From an uncultured bacterium (GTDB lineage Bacteria; Actinomycetota; Acidimicrobiia; Spongiisociales; UBA5794), in contig CAWDDT010000006.1 in NCBI GenBank assembly GCA_963801165.1, positions 64,001 through 128,000 of the forward strand: a DNA stretch of 64,000 nt, in the 5' to 3' direction. The notes beneath the pieces were generated by a model. It was not told the DNA's origin, did no database searches, and saw only the letters and a program-made list of their open reading frames with translations. The position numbers and the translations under genes were made by a program. Below, in pieces: positions 47,125 to 57,265 of this stretch; within the stretch, counting starts at the first letter, position 1, and each line of letters begins with the position of its first letter.

Positions 47125-49059
47125 GTGGCATTGACAATCACCTTCCCCGACGGCTCCGAGCGCAGCTACGACTCGGGAATCACGGGCGCGGAGATCGCCG
47201 CGAGTATCGGGCCGCGACTGGCAAAGGCGGCTGTTGCCGTGAAGCTCGACGGAATGGCCATCGACCTCGGACGCCCCATCACTGAGAGTGGTGCCGTCGA
47301 GATCGTCACCGAGAGCACCGAAGAGGGAAGACACGTCCTACGGCACTCCGCCGCCCACGTAATGGCTCAGGCGGTGCTCGACCTCTACCCGGCGGCGAAG
47401 TTTGCCATCGGCCCTCCGATCACGGACGGCTTCTACTACGACTTCCAGGTCGACGAGCCTTTCACCGCGGAGGATCTGGATCGGATCGAGGCGAGAATGG
47501 CCGAGATCATTGCAGAGGATCAACCGTTCGAACGTGAGGAGTTGTCGTCCGAGCGGGCCCTCGAGGTTTTCGCCGATCAGCCGTTCAAAACCGAGATCAT
47601 CAACTCGGTCGACGTGGCAGAGGGAGCAGCGAGTGCCGGGGTCTCGGTATATCGAAACCTGTCTTTTGTCGACCTGTGTCGTGGCCCACACATACCGTCG
47701 ACACGCAGGATCAAGGCCGTAAAGCTGATGCGTTCTGCAGGTGCGTACTGGCGTGGAGACGAGAACAAGCCACAGCTACAACGTATCTACGGCACGGCGT
47801 GGGAGACCCAGCAGGAGCTCGACGCCTATCTGGAGCGGCTCGAGGAAGCGGAGCGGCGCGATCACCGCAAGCTGGGTCAGGAGCTGGATCTGTTCTCCTT
47901 TCCTCCGGAGCTTGGAAGTGGGCTTGCCATCTGGCACCCGAAGGGCGGTCTGCTCCGTACGATCATCGAGGACTACAGCCGGCGCACGCATCTGGCGAAC
48001 GATTACCTGCTGGTGTCGAGCCCGCACGTGGCCAAGGCAGCTTTGTGGCAAACCTCGAAACACCTGGATTTCTACGCCGATGGCATGTACCCGGGAATGG
48101 TGCTCGACGAGTCGACGGAGTACCGGATAAAGCCGATGAACTGCCCGTTCCACATCCTGATCTTCAACAGCAGGGGACGGAGCTACCGGGAGCTGCCGAT
48201 GCGGCTCTTCGAGCTGGGAACCGTGTACCGGTACGAGCGCTCCGGTGTCGTGCACGGGCTGATGCGAGCCAGGGGCTTCACCCAGGACGACAGCCACATC
48301 TTCATCGAGGAGAAGGACATCGGTGCGGAGCTGCAGAACCTCCTCGACTTCACGTTGATGGTGCTCAGAGACTTCGGCTTCGAGGAGTTCGAAGCAGATC
48401 TCTCGACGCGGGATCCGGAGAAACACATCGGAACTGATGAGATGTGGGACAAGGCAGAGAGCGCACTCCGGCAGGCTCTGGAGACTGCGGATCTTCCGTA
48501 TGAGGTCGCCGAGGGCGAGGGTGCGTTCTACGGCCCCAAGATCGATGTGCACGTCCGCGACGCCATCGGACGTCGCTGGCAGCTGTCCACCCTGCAGGTC
48601 GACTTCGGACAGCCGGAGAACTTCGAACTGCTCTACGCCACCGACCACAACACCCGGGAGCGCCCGGTGATGATCCATCGCGCCTTGATGGGCTCGGTGG
48701 AGCGGTTCGTCGGCATCCTCATCGAGCACTATGCCGGCGCTCTGCCGGGCTGGTTGGCGCCGGTGCAAGCAACCGTGGTGCCGGTGGCAGATCGTCACTT
48801 CGACTATGCGACGGAGGTGGCGGATCGTCTAAGGGCCGCGGGTCTCCGCGTCGAGATCAACGTTGCGGACGATACAGTCGGGGAGAAGATCCGGCTGGCC
48901 ATCACCCAGAAGCATCCTGCCATCCTGGTCGTAGGCGACCAGGACGTGGCCAACCGCACTGTCGGGGTGCGCTTGCGTCACGAGGACTCGGAAAAGCGGG
49001 GCACTCCGCTCGACACCGTGGTCGCTGATCTCGCGGATCTCTGCCGGCCGCCTCGCTAG
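47125..49059 (+). CDS. thrS: Threonine--tRNA ligase
   Basis: RHSAAH, DLCRGPH, RDHRKLG, KPMNCP, FYGPKID. Confidence 0.98.
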   Translation: MALTITFPDGSERSYDSGITGAEIAASIGPRLAKAAVAVKLDGMAIDLGRPITESGAVEIVTESTEEGRHVLRHSAAHVMAQAVLDLYPAAKFAIGPPITDGFYYDFQVDEPFTAEDLDRIEARMAEIIAEDQPFEREELSSERALEVFADQPFKTEIINSVDVAEGAASAGVSVYRNLSFVDLCRGPHIPSTRRIKAVKLMRSAGAYWRGDENKPQLQRIYGTAWETQQELDAYLERLEEAERRDHRKLGQELDLFSFPPELGSGLAIWHPKGGLLRTIIEDYSRRTHLANDYLLVSSPHVAKAALWQTSKHLDFYADGMYPGMVLDESTEYRIKPMNCPFHILIFNSRGRSYRELPMRLFELGTVYRYERSGVVHGLMRARGFTQDDSHIFIEEKDIGAELQNLLDFTLMVLRDFGFEEFEADLSTRDPEKHIGTDEMWDKAESALRQALETADLPYEVAEGEGAFYGPKIDVHVRDAIGRRWQLSTLQVDFGQPENFELLYATDHNTRERPVMIHRALMGSVERFVGILIEHYAGALPGWLAPVQATVVPVADRHFDYATEVADRLRAAGLRVEINVADDTVGEKIRLAITQKHPAILVVGDQDVANRTVGVRLRHEDSEKRGTPLDTVVADLADLCRPPR

Positions 49060-49166
49060 GAGCGTGTGACTTGCTTCGGGTTGTCCTGGCCCTAGGCTGC
49101 ATCGGACTCGATTCGAGAGATCTCTGTGCGAGCTGTCGCGTTCGTACGCAAGAAGGGGAATAGCTT

Positions 49167-51743
49167 GTGAAGTGGTTTGTCGGGGTTTTGGCCAGTGTGG
49201 TACGGCGCTCGCCGTGGGGGATCGTTGCCGCCACGGTGCTGTTGACGGTCGTGCTGGGGATTTTCATGACCCAGCAGGAGACGGCGTCCGGCAACGAGGG
49301 TTTCTCGCCCGACACACCCGAGTTCCTTGCTCAGGACGTGATAACGAATCACTTCGCAAGCAACTCCGAGCAGCGTGTTCAGATCGTGGTGACGGCGAAG
49401 AACGGCGACCTGCTGACAGCAGACGGCTTGCGTGACTATCTGGCCATTCGCCAGGCGATTGCAGCGAGCGATGCAGCTCCCCTGATGAAGAACGGAGCCG
49501 ACGCTGACATAGTCGGCTACTTCGATCCGCTGCTGCAGGGCCTGCAAATGCGCGCCGAGCAGACGGGGGTTCCTTTCGACACCATGGTCGCCCAACTGAC
49601 CGACGAAAAGGTGAAGCAGGGGTTCCTCCAGGCCTACGGGAACATCCCCGCCAACACCCAGGCGCTCGTCAGCGGCCTCTTTGGAAACAGCTCGGACCTC
49701 AGCACACCGAGCGCCCAGGTCGCCCTGATGGTTGTGACGCTCAACGTCTCCGATCTCAACGACCCGGACGAGACCAAGCTGCAGGCCATCGAGGTAAACA
49801 TGGCCGATGCGATATCGGAGGTGCCGACGGTCGCGTCCAATCCGCAGGCTTTCAGTTTTGCGCTCCTCTTCGCCGATAGTGGTCAATTCCAGAGCGAGAT
49901 CGGGCGACTATTCGCCGAGGCCTTCGCCATCATCATCCTCATCCTGATGTTCGTCTACTGGATCCACCCCAAGGGGCGGCTCACGAGAGGTAAGGCGATC
50001 CGCCGCTCGGCAGCAGACATGGCGGTCACGATGCTGGTGATCATCATGTCGATCGTGTGGATGAACGGGCTCGGTGTGCTTCTCGGGCCCAAGTACCTCA
50101 ACATCATCGGGAACTTCAACGAGATTCTGCAGATCCTGCCCATTCTGCTCATCGGTCTTGGCGTCGACTACGCCATTCACCTGACGAGCCGCTACCGCGA
50201 GGAGCTGGGCGCGGGAGTCGCTGTACAGGATTCGGCCATCAACGCCACCCGGACGGTGGGCATTGCTCTCGTGCTGGCAACCGTCACCACCTCGGTCGGC
50301 TTTCTGACGAACGTCGTCAACCCGGTGACGGCGCTGCGCGACTTTGGCATTCTTGCCGCCGTCGGCATCTCGTCGGCGTTCATCTTGATGCTGACCGTCG
50401 TTCCCGCCGTTCGTGTGCTTCTCGACAGCCGGGGCCAGCGAGCCGGTCACCTCGAGCGGCAGGCCTTCGGCCATCAGAGCGAGCGTGTGCTGCCCAAGAT
50501 AATGGGGTCGACGGCTGTGCTTGCCGAGAAGTACGCGGTCACCACGTTGATAGTCGCCCTGGCGCTCGGTGGGCTTGGCTTCTACGGTCTCACCAACCTC
50601 AGCACGACGTTCAGCTTCACGGACTTCTTGCCTGAGGGGAATACGCTGCTGAAGACGTACGACACGATCACCGCCCAGTTTGGCGGGGGTTTCGGCGAGC
50701 AGACCAATGTGATCATCGAGGGCGACGTGGCCAGCCCCGCCGTGTACAACGCGATCGTGGCGTCGTGGGACAACATGGCCGACACTCCCGACGTTGTGCA
50801 ATTCGGATCGGCGCCAGCGGCAGAGTCCCCCGTCTCTGTGATAGCGCAGCTTGCGAATCCATCCTCCGACACGTTCAATCAGGACTTCGCCGCTTATGCG
50901 GCGAGCGCCGGGCTCCAGCCTGATCTCACGGTCGCGCCGGATACGGATGTCACCGCGCTCTACGATCGGGCCGCAACGGTCAACCCGGATGCCATGGCTG
51001 CCGTAGTAGCCAAGGTCAACGGCTCGTATCACTACGTCGACGTTGCGGTGACGACGCAAGCGGGCGAGCAACGCGCCCTCGACCTGTCCGCTGATTTGAA
51101 GACTGATTTCGCACCGGTCATCGCGGCGGGTGCGACTGCCGTACCTACCAACCAGAACATCATCAGCGGAGGGGTGGTCACCGCGCTTCAGAACAGCCAG
51201 AAGGCATCGCTGACCATCACGATCCTCGCTGCGATGTTGCTGCTGGTATTGACGTTCTGGGTGGAGTCGCGCCGGCCGTTCTTGGGGGTGATCACCATTC
51301 TCCCGGTGGCGCTGGTTGTGCTGTGGGTGTTCGGGATCATGGCGGCGCGCGGTATCTCGTTTAACCCCGTCACCGCCACCATCGCCAACCTGGCGATCGG
51401 TATCGGAGTCCCATACACGATCCACATCACCCACCGCTACCAGGAGGATCGGCGGCGGTACGAGAGCCCTGAGGAAGCCATCCGCTCGACGACCACTCAT
51501 ACCGGCGGAGCGCTGGCGGGCTCGGCGTTCACGACGGCAGCCGGCTTCGGCATCCTGGTCACGTCCACTCTCAAGCCGTTCAAGCAGTTTGGTGAGGTGA
51601 CCTTCTGGGCGATCGTATTTGCGTTGGTGGCAAGCGTCCTGGTGCTGCCGTCGATGCTGGTGCTGTGGGATCGCTGGCACCGCAACCGTGGTGAGCAGGT
51701 GGTGGACGAAGCTGCCTTCGAGCGATCGCATACCGGCGTATGA
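49167..51743 (+). CDS. RND/MMPL family transporter
   Basis: GLGVDYAIH, GIGVPYTIH, two TM blocks with large extracytoplasmic loops. Confidence 0.92.
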   Translation: MKWFVGVLASVVRRSPWGIVAATVLLTVVLGIFMTQQETASGNEGFSPDTPEFLAQDVITNHFASNSEQRVQIVVTAKNGDLLTADGLRDYLAIRQAIAASDAAPLMKNGADADIVGYFDPLLQGLQMRAEQTGVPFDTMVAQLTDEKVKQGFLQAYGNIPANTQALVSGLFGNSSDLSTPSAQVALMVVTLNVSDLNDPDETKLQAIEVNMADAISEVPTVASNPQAFSFALLFADSGQFQSEIGRLFAEAFAIIILILMFVYWIHPKGRLTRGKAIRRSAADMAVTMLVIIMSIVWMNGLGVLLGPKYLNIIGNFNEILQILPILLIGLGVDYAIHLTSRYREELGAGVAVQDSAINATRTVGIALVLATVTTSVGFLTNVVNPVTALRDFGILAAVGISSAFILMLTVVPAVRVLLDSRGQRAGHLERQAFGHQSERVLPKIMGSTAVLAEKYAVTTLIVALALGGLGFYGLTNLSTTFSFTDFLPEGNTLLKTYDTITAQFGGGFGEQTNVIIEGDVASPAVYNAIVASWDNMADTPDVVQFGSAPAAESPVSVIAQLANPSSDTFNQDFAAYAASAGLQPDLTVAPDTDVTALYDRAATVNPDAMAAVVAKVNGSYHYVDVAVTTQAGEQRALDLSADLKTDFAPVIAAGATAVPTNQNIISGGVVTALQNSQKASLTITILAAMLLLVLTFWVESRRPFLGVITILPVALVVLWVFGIMAARGISFNPVTATIANLAIGIGVPYTIHITHRYQEDRRRYESPEEAIRSTTTHTGGALAGSAFTTAAGFGILVTSTLKPFKQFGEVTFWAIVFALVASVLVLPSMLVLWDRWHRNRGEQVVDEAAFERSHTGV

Positions 51744-52255
51744 CGGACCGGCGACCCGAGTTACCCAAGATCGAGGTCGACCCGGTCGTGGCCGCGGCCG
51801 CCGGCATGCCGGAGGACCTCGATGCCAACCTGCTCGGGCCCTATACGGTGCCGGATCCGGCCCGCCGGCGCCAGTCGGGCTCCGTCTACCTCATCGGCGC
51901 GGCCATCACCGTTGTAGCCATCATCCTCGGGCTCCCCGCGGGTATGTGGTCGATCGTTGTGGTCTTTGCCGCGATCGCCGGCTACCACATGGTCGCAGGG
52001 GTTCACCTCACCGTGACCGACACGAGAGCCTTGACCGTGGCGACGGGAGCCGTCGGGTTCCCGGTCGGCCATGCGTCGGCGGTTCTGGGGTTCGACGGTC
52101 TGTTGGCCCGTCCGGTGTGGAATGTGCTGGTGTTCTCAGCGGACGAGCCTCCCACCGAGCGTGGTCTCGTGCGCGTCGATGGCCGCTCGGGCGAGGTCGT
52201 CGAGACCTACACCGAGCCGGTGCCACCGGCCACAGAATGGGAGACGCCGGGGTAG
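51740..52255 (+). CDS. Hypothetical membrane protein
   Basis: Two TM helices; ATGA overlap with the RND gene; coding-like codon use. Confidence 0.75.
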   Translation: MTDRRPELPKIEVDPVVAAAAGMPEDLDANLLGPYTVPDPARRRQSGSVYLIGAAITVVAIILGLPAGMWSIVVVFAAIAGYHMVAGVHLTVTDTRALTVATGAVGFPVGHASAVLGFDGLLARPVWNVLVFSADEPPTERGLVRVDGRSGEVVETYTEPVPPATEWETPG

Positions 52256-52303
52256 AAGGCGTCCGGGGCGAAGCGCCGACTGCCGAGCCGCGAACGGCGC
52301 ACG

Positions 52304-53596
52304 CTACCGCTGATGCAGCGGGATGAACTTGCGGGCCGTCTCTCCGGTGTAGATCTGCCGGGGTCGTGCGATCCGGGTGTCGGGGTCCTCCGCCATCTCT
52401 TTCCAGTTAGCGATCCAGCCGGGAAGACGGCCGATCGCAAACAACACGGTGAACATCCGGGTGGGAAAGCCGAGGGCCCGGAAGATGATTCCGGAGTAGA
52501 AGTCGACGTTCGGGTACAGGTTGCGCTCCTGAAAGTACTCATCGTTGAGGGCGACCTGTTCCAACTCCTCAGCGACTTTCAGCAGCGGGTCGTCGCCACG
52601 TAGCCGATCGAGGACGTCGTCGGCAAACTTCTTGAGGATCCGTGCCCGCGGATCGTAGTTCTTGTAGACCCGGTGCCCGAAACCCATCAGCCGGAACGGA
52701 TCGTCCTTGTCTTTGGCCCTGGCAACGTAGGACTCGGTTGTTGCCTTTGGGTCGTTTGCGATGCCGGAGAGCATCTCGACGACAGCTTGGTTGGCGCCGC
52801 CGTGCAGGGGGCCCCACAGTGCGTTCATGCCCGCTGCCACGGAGGCGAACAGGTTTGCCTGGCTCGAGCCGACGAACCGGACCGTGGCGGTCGAGCAATT
52901 CTGCCCATGGTCTGCGTGGAGGATGAGCAACACATTGAGCGCTTTGACGATCACCGGGTCTACATGGTATTGCTCGCTTGGCACTGCAAACATCATGTGG
53001 AGGAAGTTCTCGACGTATCGCAGGTCGTTGCGCGGGTAGATATAAGGGAACCCGGTTGACTTCTTGTAGGCCCAGGCGGCGACGGTCGGCATCTTGGCGA
53101 TCAGACGCTGTGCGCTCTCGATCACAGATTCCTCGTCCTTCGGGTTGTGGTATTCCTCATAGAAGGTCGAGATCGCATTGGTTGCCGAGGAGAGAATTGC
53201 CATAGGGTGAGCGCTCTTTGGGAACGCATCGAAGAATCGCTTCAACTCCTCGTTGAGCAGGCTGTGACGCTTCATCGTGGCCTGCCACTCTTCCAGCTCG
53301 TGCTTGTTGGGTAGATGCCCGAAGAGCAGCAGGAAGGCGACCTCCAGGAACGAACAGCTGTTGGCGAGATCCTCGATGGCGTAGCCCCGGTGGGTCAACG
53401 TTCCCGCCGCGCCGTCGATGTAGGTGATAGCCGACCGGGCCGGTGCAGTATTGGCAAACCCGGGGTCATAGGTCACGGTGTGCGTCGCGGCCCGCAGCGT
53501 GCGGATGTCGAATCCGACGTTCCCTACGTTCGGTCGAACCGCGGGTAGTTCCAATGTTTTGTCCCCGATGTTGAGCGTTGCACCTACCTCATCCAT
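52304..53596 (-). CDS. gltA: Citrate synthase
   Basis: DPGF.NTA, HADH.QN.ST, GPLHGGAN, GFGHRVYK, PNVDFYSG. Confidence 0.97.
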   Translation of the reverse strand: MDEVGATLNIGDKTLELPAVRPNVGNVGFDIRTLRAATHTVTYDPGFANTAPARSAITYIDGAAGTLTHRGYAIEDLANSCSFLEVAFLLLFGHLPNKHELEEWQATMKRHSLLNEELKRFFDAFPKSAHPMAILSSATNAISTFYEEYHNPKDEESVIESAQRLIAKMPTVAAWAYKKSTGFPYIYPRNDLRYVENFLHMMFAVPSEQYHVDPVIVKALNVLLILHADHGQNCSTATVRFVGSSQANLFASVAAGMNALWGPLHGGANQAVVEMLSGIANDPKATTESYVARAKDKDDPFRLMGFGHRVYKNYDPRARILKKFADDVLDRLRGDDPLLKVAEELEQVALNDEYFQERNLYPNVDFYSGIIFRALGFPTRMFTVLFAIGRLPGWIANWKEMAEDPDTRIARPRQIYTGETARKFIPLHQR

Positions 53597-53729
53597 GTAG
53601 CGGCCTTTGCCTTTCTGATCATGTTGTCAATTTGGGCCGGAGTGTAGCGATCTGCATCCCGGGCGGCTCCAGCACCGCGTCGGAAGCGTTGTCGCGTCGC
53701 GGGTTGGCTGCGGCAACCGGGGTCACGCG

Positions 53730-53873
53730 TGGTAGCTTTTAGTCCGGAACTCCAATCTACCGGGAGATGCGACCCATTGGTCGGCGCCGGACGGGTTTTG
53801 GTCTGGCGCCTCGGCGGGCCGGTCCAACGAAGGGCCGCCTGCCGCTCTCCCGCACGATTGAGGTTGGAAGGAG
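53730..53873 (+). promoter_or_regulatory. Extended -10 (TGGTAGCTT) and four-way-junction structured 5' leader of pgsA
   Basis: Five stems traced by hand; G-U pairs favour the + strand; the closing stem touches the SD. Confidence 0.6.
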
Positions 53874-53880
53874 ATCAATA

Positions 53881-54477
53881 GTGCTCGATCTGAGGGCTCG
53901 GAGTCGGCTTGCCCCGGTTCTCGATCCGATCGCGGTCGGTTTGTCGAAGGCGAAGCTGACACCCACGATGGTCACCATTCTCGGCCTGTTGGTGACGCTG
54001 GCGGGAGCTTCATTGATCGCGGTCGACCGCTATGCCCTCGGTGCCTTCATCGCCGGAGTCGGCTCGACGCTCGATGCACTGGACGGTCCACTCGCGCGTT
54101 ACCAGGGAACCGCATCGATTCGCGGCGCCTTCGTGGACACCATGTCGGACCGGCTTGGCGAGATCGGGCTGTGGACGGGTCTGACGTTCAGCCTGCGTAG
54201 CGACGAGACGGGTCTCATGTTGTGTCTCCTCGCCCTCGCGTTCTCGTTGCTGACACCCTACGTTCGCTCCAAGGCGGAGAGTTGGGGAGCGGAGGGCCGG
54301 GGCGGTTGGATGGGTCGCGGAGAGCGGATGATCCTGATGCTGGTTGGGCTGATCGTCTACGGCTGGGGTCTGCGGGTTCTGCACCCGATGTTGTGGACTT
54401 TCGTCCTGCTGTCCGGGTTCACGGTGGCGCAGCGCAGCGTACGGACCTGGCAGCAACTGAGCGAAGACAACGAGTAG
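53881..54477 (+). CDS. pgsA: CDP-alcohol phosphatidyltransferase (PI/PIP synthase)
   Basis: DALDGPLAR...GAFVDTMSDR; position before the acyltransferase and pimA. Confidence 0.88.
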   Translation: MLDLRARSRLAPVLDPIAVGLSKAKLTPTMVTILGLLVTLAGASLIAVDRYALGAFIAGVGSTLDALDGPLARYQGTASIRGAFVDTMSDRLGEIGLWTGLTFSLRSDETGLMLCLLALAFSLLTPYVRSKAESWGAEGRGGWMGRGERMILMLVGLIVYGWGLRVLHPMLWTFVLLSGFTVAQRSVRTWQQLSEDNE

Positions 54478-54482
54478 CGACC

Positions 54483-55367
54483 GTGAAGGATCGGCTTGGC
54501 TACATCGCATACCGGGCTTTCGTCGGCGTCCTCGGTTGGTTCACCGAACCGGCGATGCGAGCGACGGGGGAGTGGTTGGGACGCGCCGCCTGGTATCTCG
54601 CACCGGGACGGAGACGGTTGGTGCAGCGACACCTGAGGCGGATTCTCGGTCCGGATACGGATGTCGTCGCGAGATCCAAGGCAATGTTCGCCAGCTACGG
54701 GCGCTACTGGGCGGAGACATTCTGGCTGCGCCCGCACCGCATCGCCGGCCTGGTGAGCAAGTCCACCGTCGACAACGAGAAGGGGTTGCGGGCGGCATTC
54801 GATGAGGGGCGGGGGGTGCTGCTCATCCTGCCGCATATGGGGAACTGGGAGGTCGCCGGGGCCGTCGCCAGGGATCTCGGGATGCCCGTGCTGTCGGCGG
54901 CGGAAAACCTTCCGAATCCTCTCATCACCAAGTGGTTCCTCGACGTCAGGAGAATGGCCGGGATCGACATCGTGCTCACCGGCAGGGGAGCACGGGCCAC
55001 TGTTTCGCTGCTGCAGCGCCTCGAGGAAGGCGGCACGGTGGCACTGCTCGCCGACAGGGACGTTACCGGGCGGGGTATTCCCGTCACCTTCTTCGGCGAG
55101 GAGACAACCATGCCGGCGGGGCCGATCGCCCTTGCCGTCAAGACGGGGGCGCCCGTTCTGGTTGCCGGTTCCTACTTCGAGGAGGGCGCTGGCCACAGGT
55201 ACGTCGTGTCTGATCCCCTTGCGATTCCCGAGAACGGGACCAAGGAGGACCGGATCTCCGTCGGAGTGCAGTTGCTTGCCAACGCCCTCGAAGAGTGCAT
55301 AGTGCGCAAGCCGGAGGACTGGCACTTGTTCGTACCCAACTGGCCGTCCGATCGGGCGTCTGCGTGA
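54483..55367 (+). CDS. Phosphatidylinositol mannoside acyltransferase (PatA-like)
   Basis: YGRYWAE, PHMGNWE, LLADRD, FFG. Confidence 0.88.
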   Translation: MKDRLGYIAYRAFVGVLGWFTEPAMRATGEWLGRAAWYLAPGRRRLVQRHLRRILGPDTDVVARSKAMFASYGRYWAETFWLRPHRIAGLVSKSTVDNEKGLRAAFDEGRGVLLILPHMGNWEVAGAVARDLGMPVLSAAENLPNPLITKWFLDVRRMAGIDIVLTGRGARATVSLLQRLEEGGTVALLADRDVTGRGIPVTFFGEETTMPAGPIALAVKTGAPVLVAGSYFEEGAGHRYVVSDPLAIPENGTKEDRISVGVQLLANALEECIVRKPEDWHLFVPNWPSDRASA

Positions 55368-56407
55368 AGGTGGGTCTCGTTTGCCCGTACGACCTGGGTC
55401 GGCCGGGCGGTGTCCAGGACCAGATCGTGCGGCTCGCCGGCTGGCTCAGGGGTGCCGGGCACACCGTAGTGATCGTTGCGCCGGGTGAGCACGATGACCC
55501 GGGCTTCGTTTCGGCCGGACCGGCGACGATCGTTCCCGCCAACGGTGCCTCGGCTCCGGTGGCGCTGTCCCCGCGGACCGTGCGGCGAGTTGTTTCTGCT
55601 ATCGACGGGACGGACCTGGTGCACGTACACGAGCCGTTGATGCCACAGGTGTCGCTGGGTGTGCTCCGGCACGCCCGACAACCGCTGGTGGGTACGTTCC
55701 ACGCCGCCCCTTCGTCTGCGGCTGCCCTGGCCTACACCCTTGGACGCCCGCTGAGCGGGAGATGGCTGCGGCGTCTCGGAGTCATAACGGCAGTCAGCCC
55801 TGTTGCCGCCCGGGCGGTGGAGTTCACGGGCCGGGTGCGCATCATCCCCAACGGCGTCGACGTCGCGCAATACGGTGGGGACGGCAAGCAGCCGAAGTCT
55901 GTGGTCTTTCTGGGCCGCGACGATGAGCGCAAGGGACTCTCGGTCCTGCTCGATGCGTGGCCGGACGTGACCAGAGTCGACCCGGAGGCGAGCTTGACAA
56001 TTGTCGGCGCAGAGCGGTCCGGTGATCCAATCCCGGGCGTTGTGTTTGCCGGACGGGTCACCGAAGCCGCCAAACGACGCTATCTCGCTTCGGCGGCGGT
56101 CTTCTGCGCCCCCAACCTGGGTGGTGAGAGTTTCGGCATCGTTGTGGTCGAGGCCATGGCCGCGGCCTGTGCGGTTGTCGCAACGGGACTTCCCGCCTTT
56201 GTGCATGTTGCCGGAGACACTGCGGTGTATACCGCCCCCGGCGATGCCGCCGGGGTCGCGGCGGCGATTTCGGGGTTGATCGGTGGCCCGGCTCGCAGCA
56301 GCGAGCTCGGGAGGAAGGCCCAGGAGAGGGCGTGGCGATTCGACGGCCCCGCCGTCGCGGCGGCCTACCTGGCTGCATATGAGGATGCCCTGTCCGCCGC
56401 CGGGTGA
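55364..56407 (+). CDS. pimA: Phosphatidylinositol alpha-mannosyltransferase (GT4)
   Basis: CPYD...PGGVQ, HEP, ERKG, GGESFGIVVVEAM; synteny. Confidence 0.85.
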   Translation: MKVGLVCPYDLGRPGGVQDQIVRLAGWLRGAGHTVVIVAPGEHDDPGFVSAGPATIVPANGASAPVALSPRTVRRVVSAIDGTDLVHVHEPLMPQVSLGVLRHARQPLVGTFHAAPSSAAALAYTLGRPLSGRWLRRLGVITAVSPVAARAVEFTGRVRIIPNGVDVAQYGGDGKQPKSVVFLGRDDERKGLSVLLDAWPDVTRVDPEASLTIVGAERSGDPIPGVVFAGRVTEAAKRRYLASAAVFCAPNLGGESFGIVVVEAMAAACAVVATGLPAFVHVAGDTAVYTAPGDAAGVAAAISGLIGGPARSSELGRKAQERAWRFDGPAVAAAYLAAYEDALSAAG

Positions 56408-56422
56408 ATCCACAGCTAGCGT

Positions 56423-57202
56423 GTGGCCGTGGACACGTCGCAGACCGTGGTTGACATCCAAGAGGGCGTGGGTCGTATTCTCCTCAACAGGCCCGAGCGG
56501 AGAAACGCCCTCGGTCTGGCCATGCTGGAAGAGCTGAGTAGACGTCTCACCGAACTGGGCGAGGACCCCGCGGTTCGGGTGGTGACGATCGCAGGCACCG
56601 GGCAGGCGTTCTCAGCCGGACACGACCTGAGCGAGATGATCGACAGGGAGCAGGAGTTCTACGACGCCCTCTTCGCCACGTGCACGCAGGTGATGTTGGG
56701 TATCCACGCATGCCCGAGACCTGTAATAGCCCAGGTGCATGGGATGGCGACCGCGGCGGGGTGCCAGTTGGTGGCAGCGTGTGATCTGGCCGTAGCGAGC
56801 GAGGACGCCCGCTTTGCGACGCCGGGCGTCAAGATCGGGCTCTTCTGTTCCACCCCGATGGTTCCGATCACACGCGCTATTGGGCGCAAGCGGGCTATGC
56901 AGATGCTGTTGACGGGCTCACCGATCGACGCCACGACTGCTCTTGGCTGGGGTCTCGTCAACGAGGTCGTCCCGCGTGACGATCTCGAAGAGACGGTCGC
57001 CGGTCTCGCCGCCCGGATCATGCGATACAGCCGCGAGGTCATCGAGCTGGGCAAGGCGGGCTTCTACGCTCAGATAGACGCTGCCGAGAGCGATGCCTAC
57101 CGGGTGGTCGAGCCGATCATGAGCCACAACGCCCGACTCGAAGCGGCTCAGGAGGGGATGTCGGCGTTCCTGGAAAAGCGGCAACCCATCTGGCCCGGGT
57201 AG
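56423..57202 (+). CDS. Enoyl-CoA hydratase/isomerase family protein
   Basis: FSAGHDL, ATAAGCQLVAACD, PGVKIGLFCSTP. Confidence 0.92.
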   Translation: MAVDTSQTVVDIQEGVGRILLNRPERRNALGLAMLEELSRRLTELGEDPAVRVVTIAGTGQAFSAGHDLSEMIDREQEFYDALFATCTQVMLGIHACPRPVIAQVHGMATAAGCQLVAACDLAVASEDARFATPGVKIGLFCSTPMVPITRAIGRKRAMQMLLTGSPIDATTALGWGLVNEVVPRDDLEETVAGLAARIMRYSREVIELGKAGFYAQIDAAESDAYRVVEPIMSHNARLEAAQEGMSAFLEKRQPIWPG

Positions 57203-57265
57203 CGCGGAGTCAGACGTCGGACCAGCGACCGGTAGACTGATTAGCTGATACACGAGGAGCTGGAA

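Noticed and set aside
53761-53852. Cloverleaf-like fold as tRNA or tRNA-Sec
   Set aside because: No T-loop TTCRA, no 7-nt anticodon loop with TCA and no CCA end on either strand.
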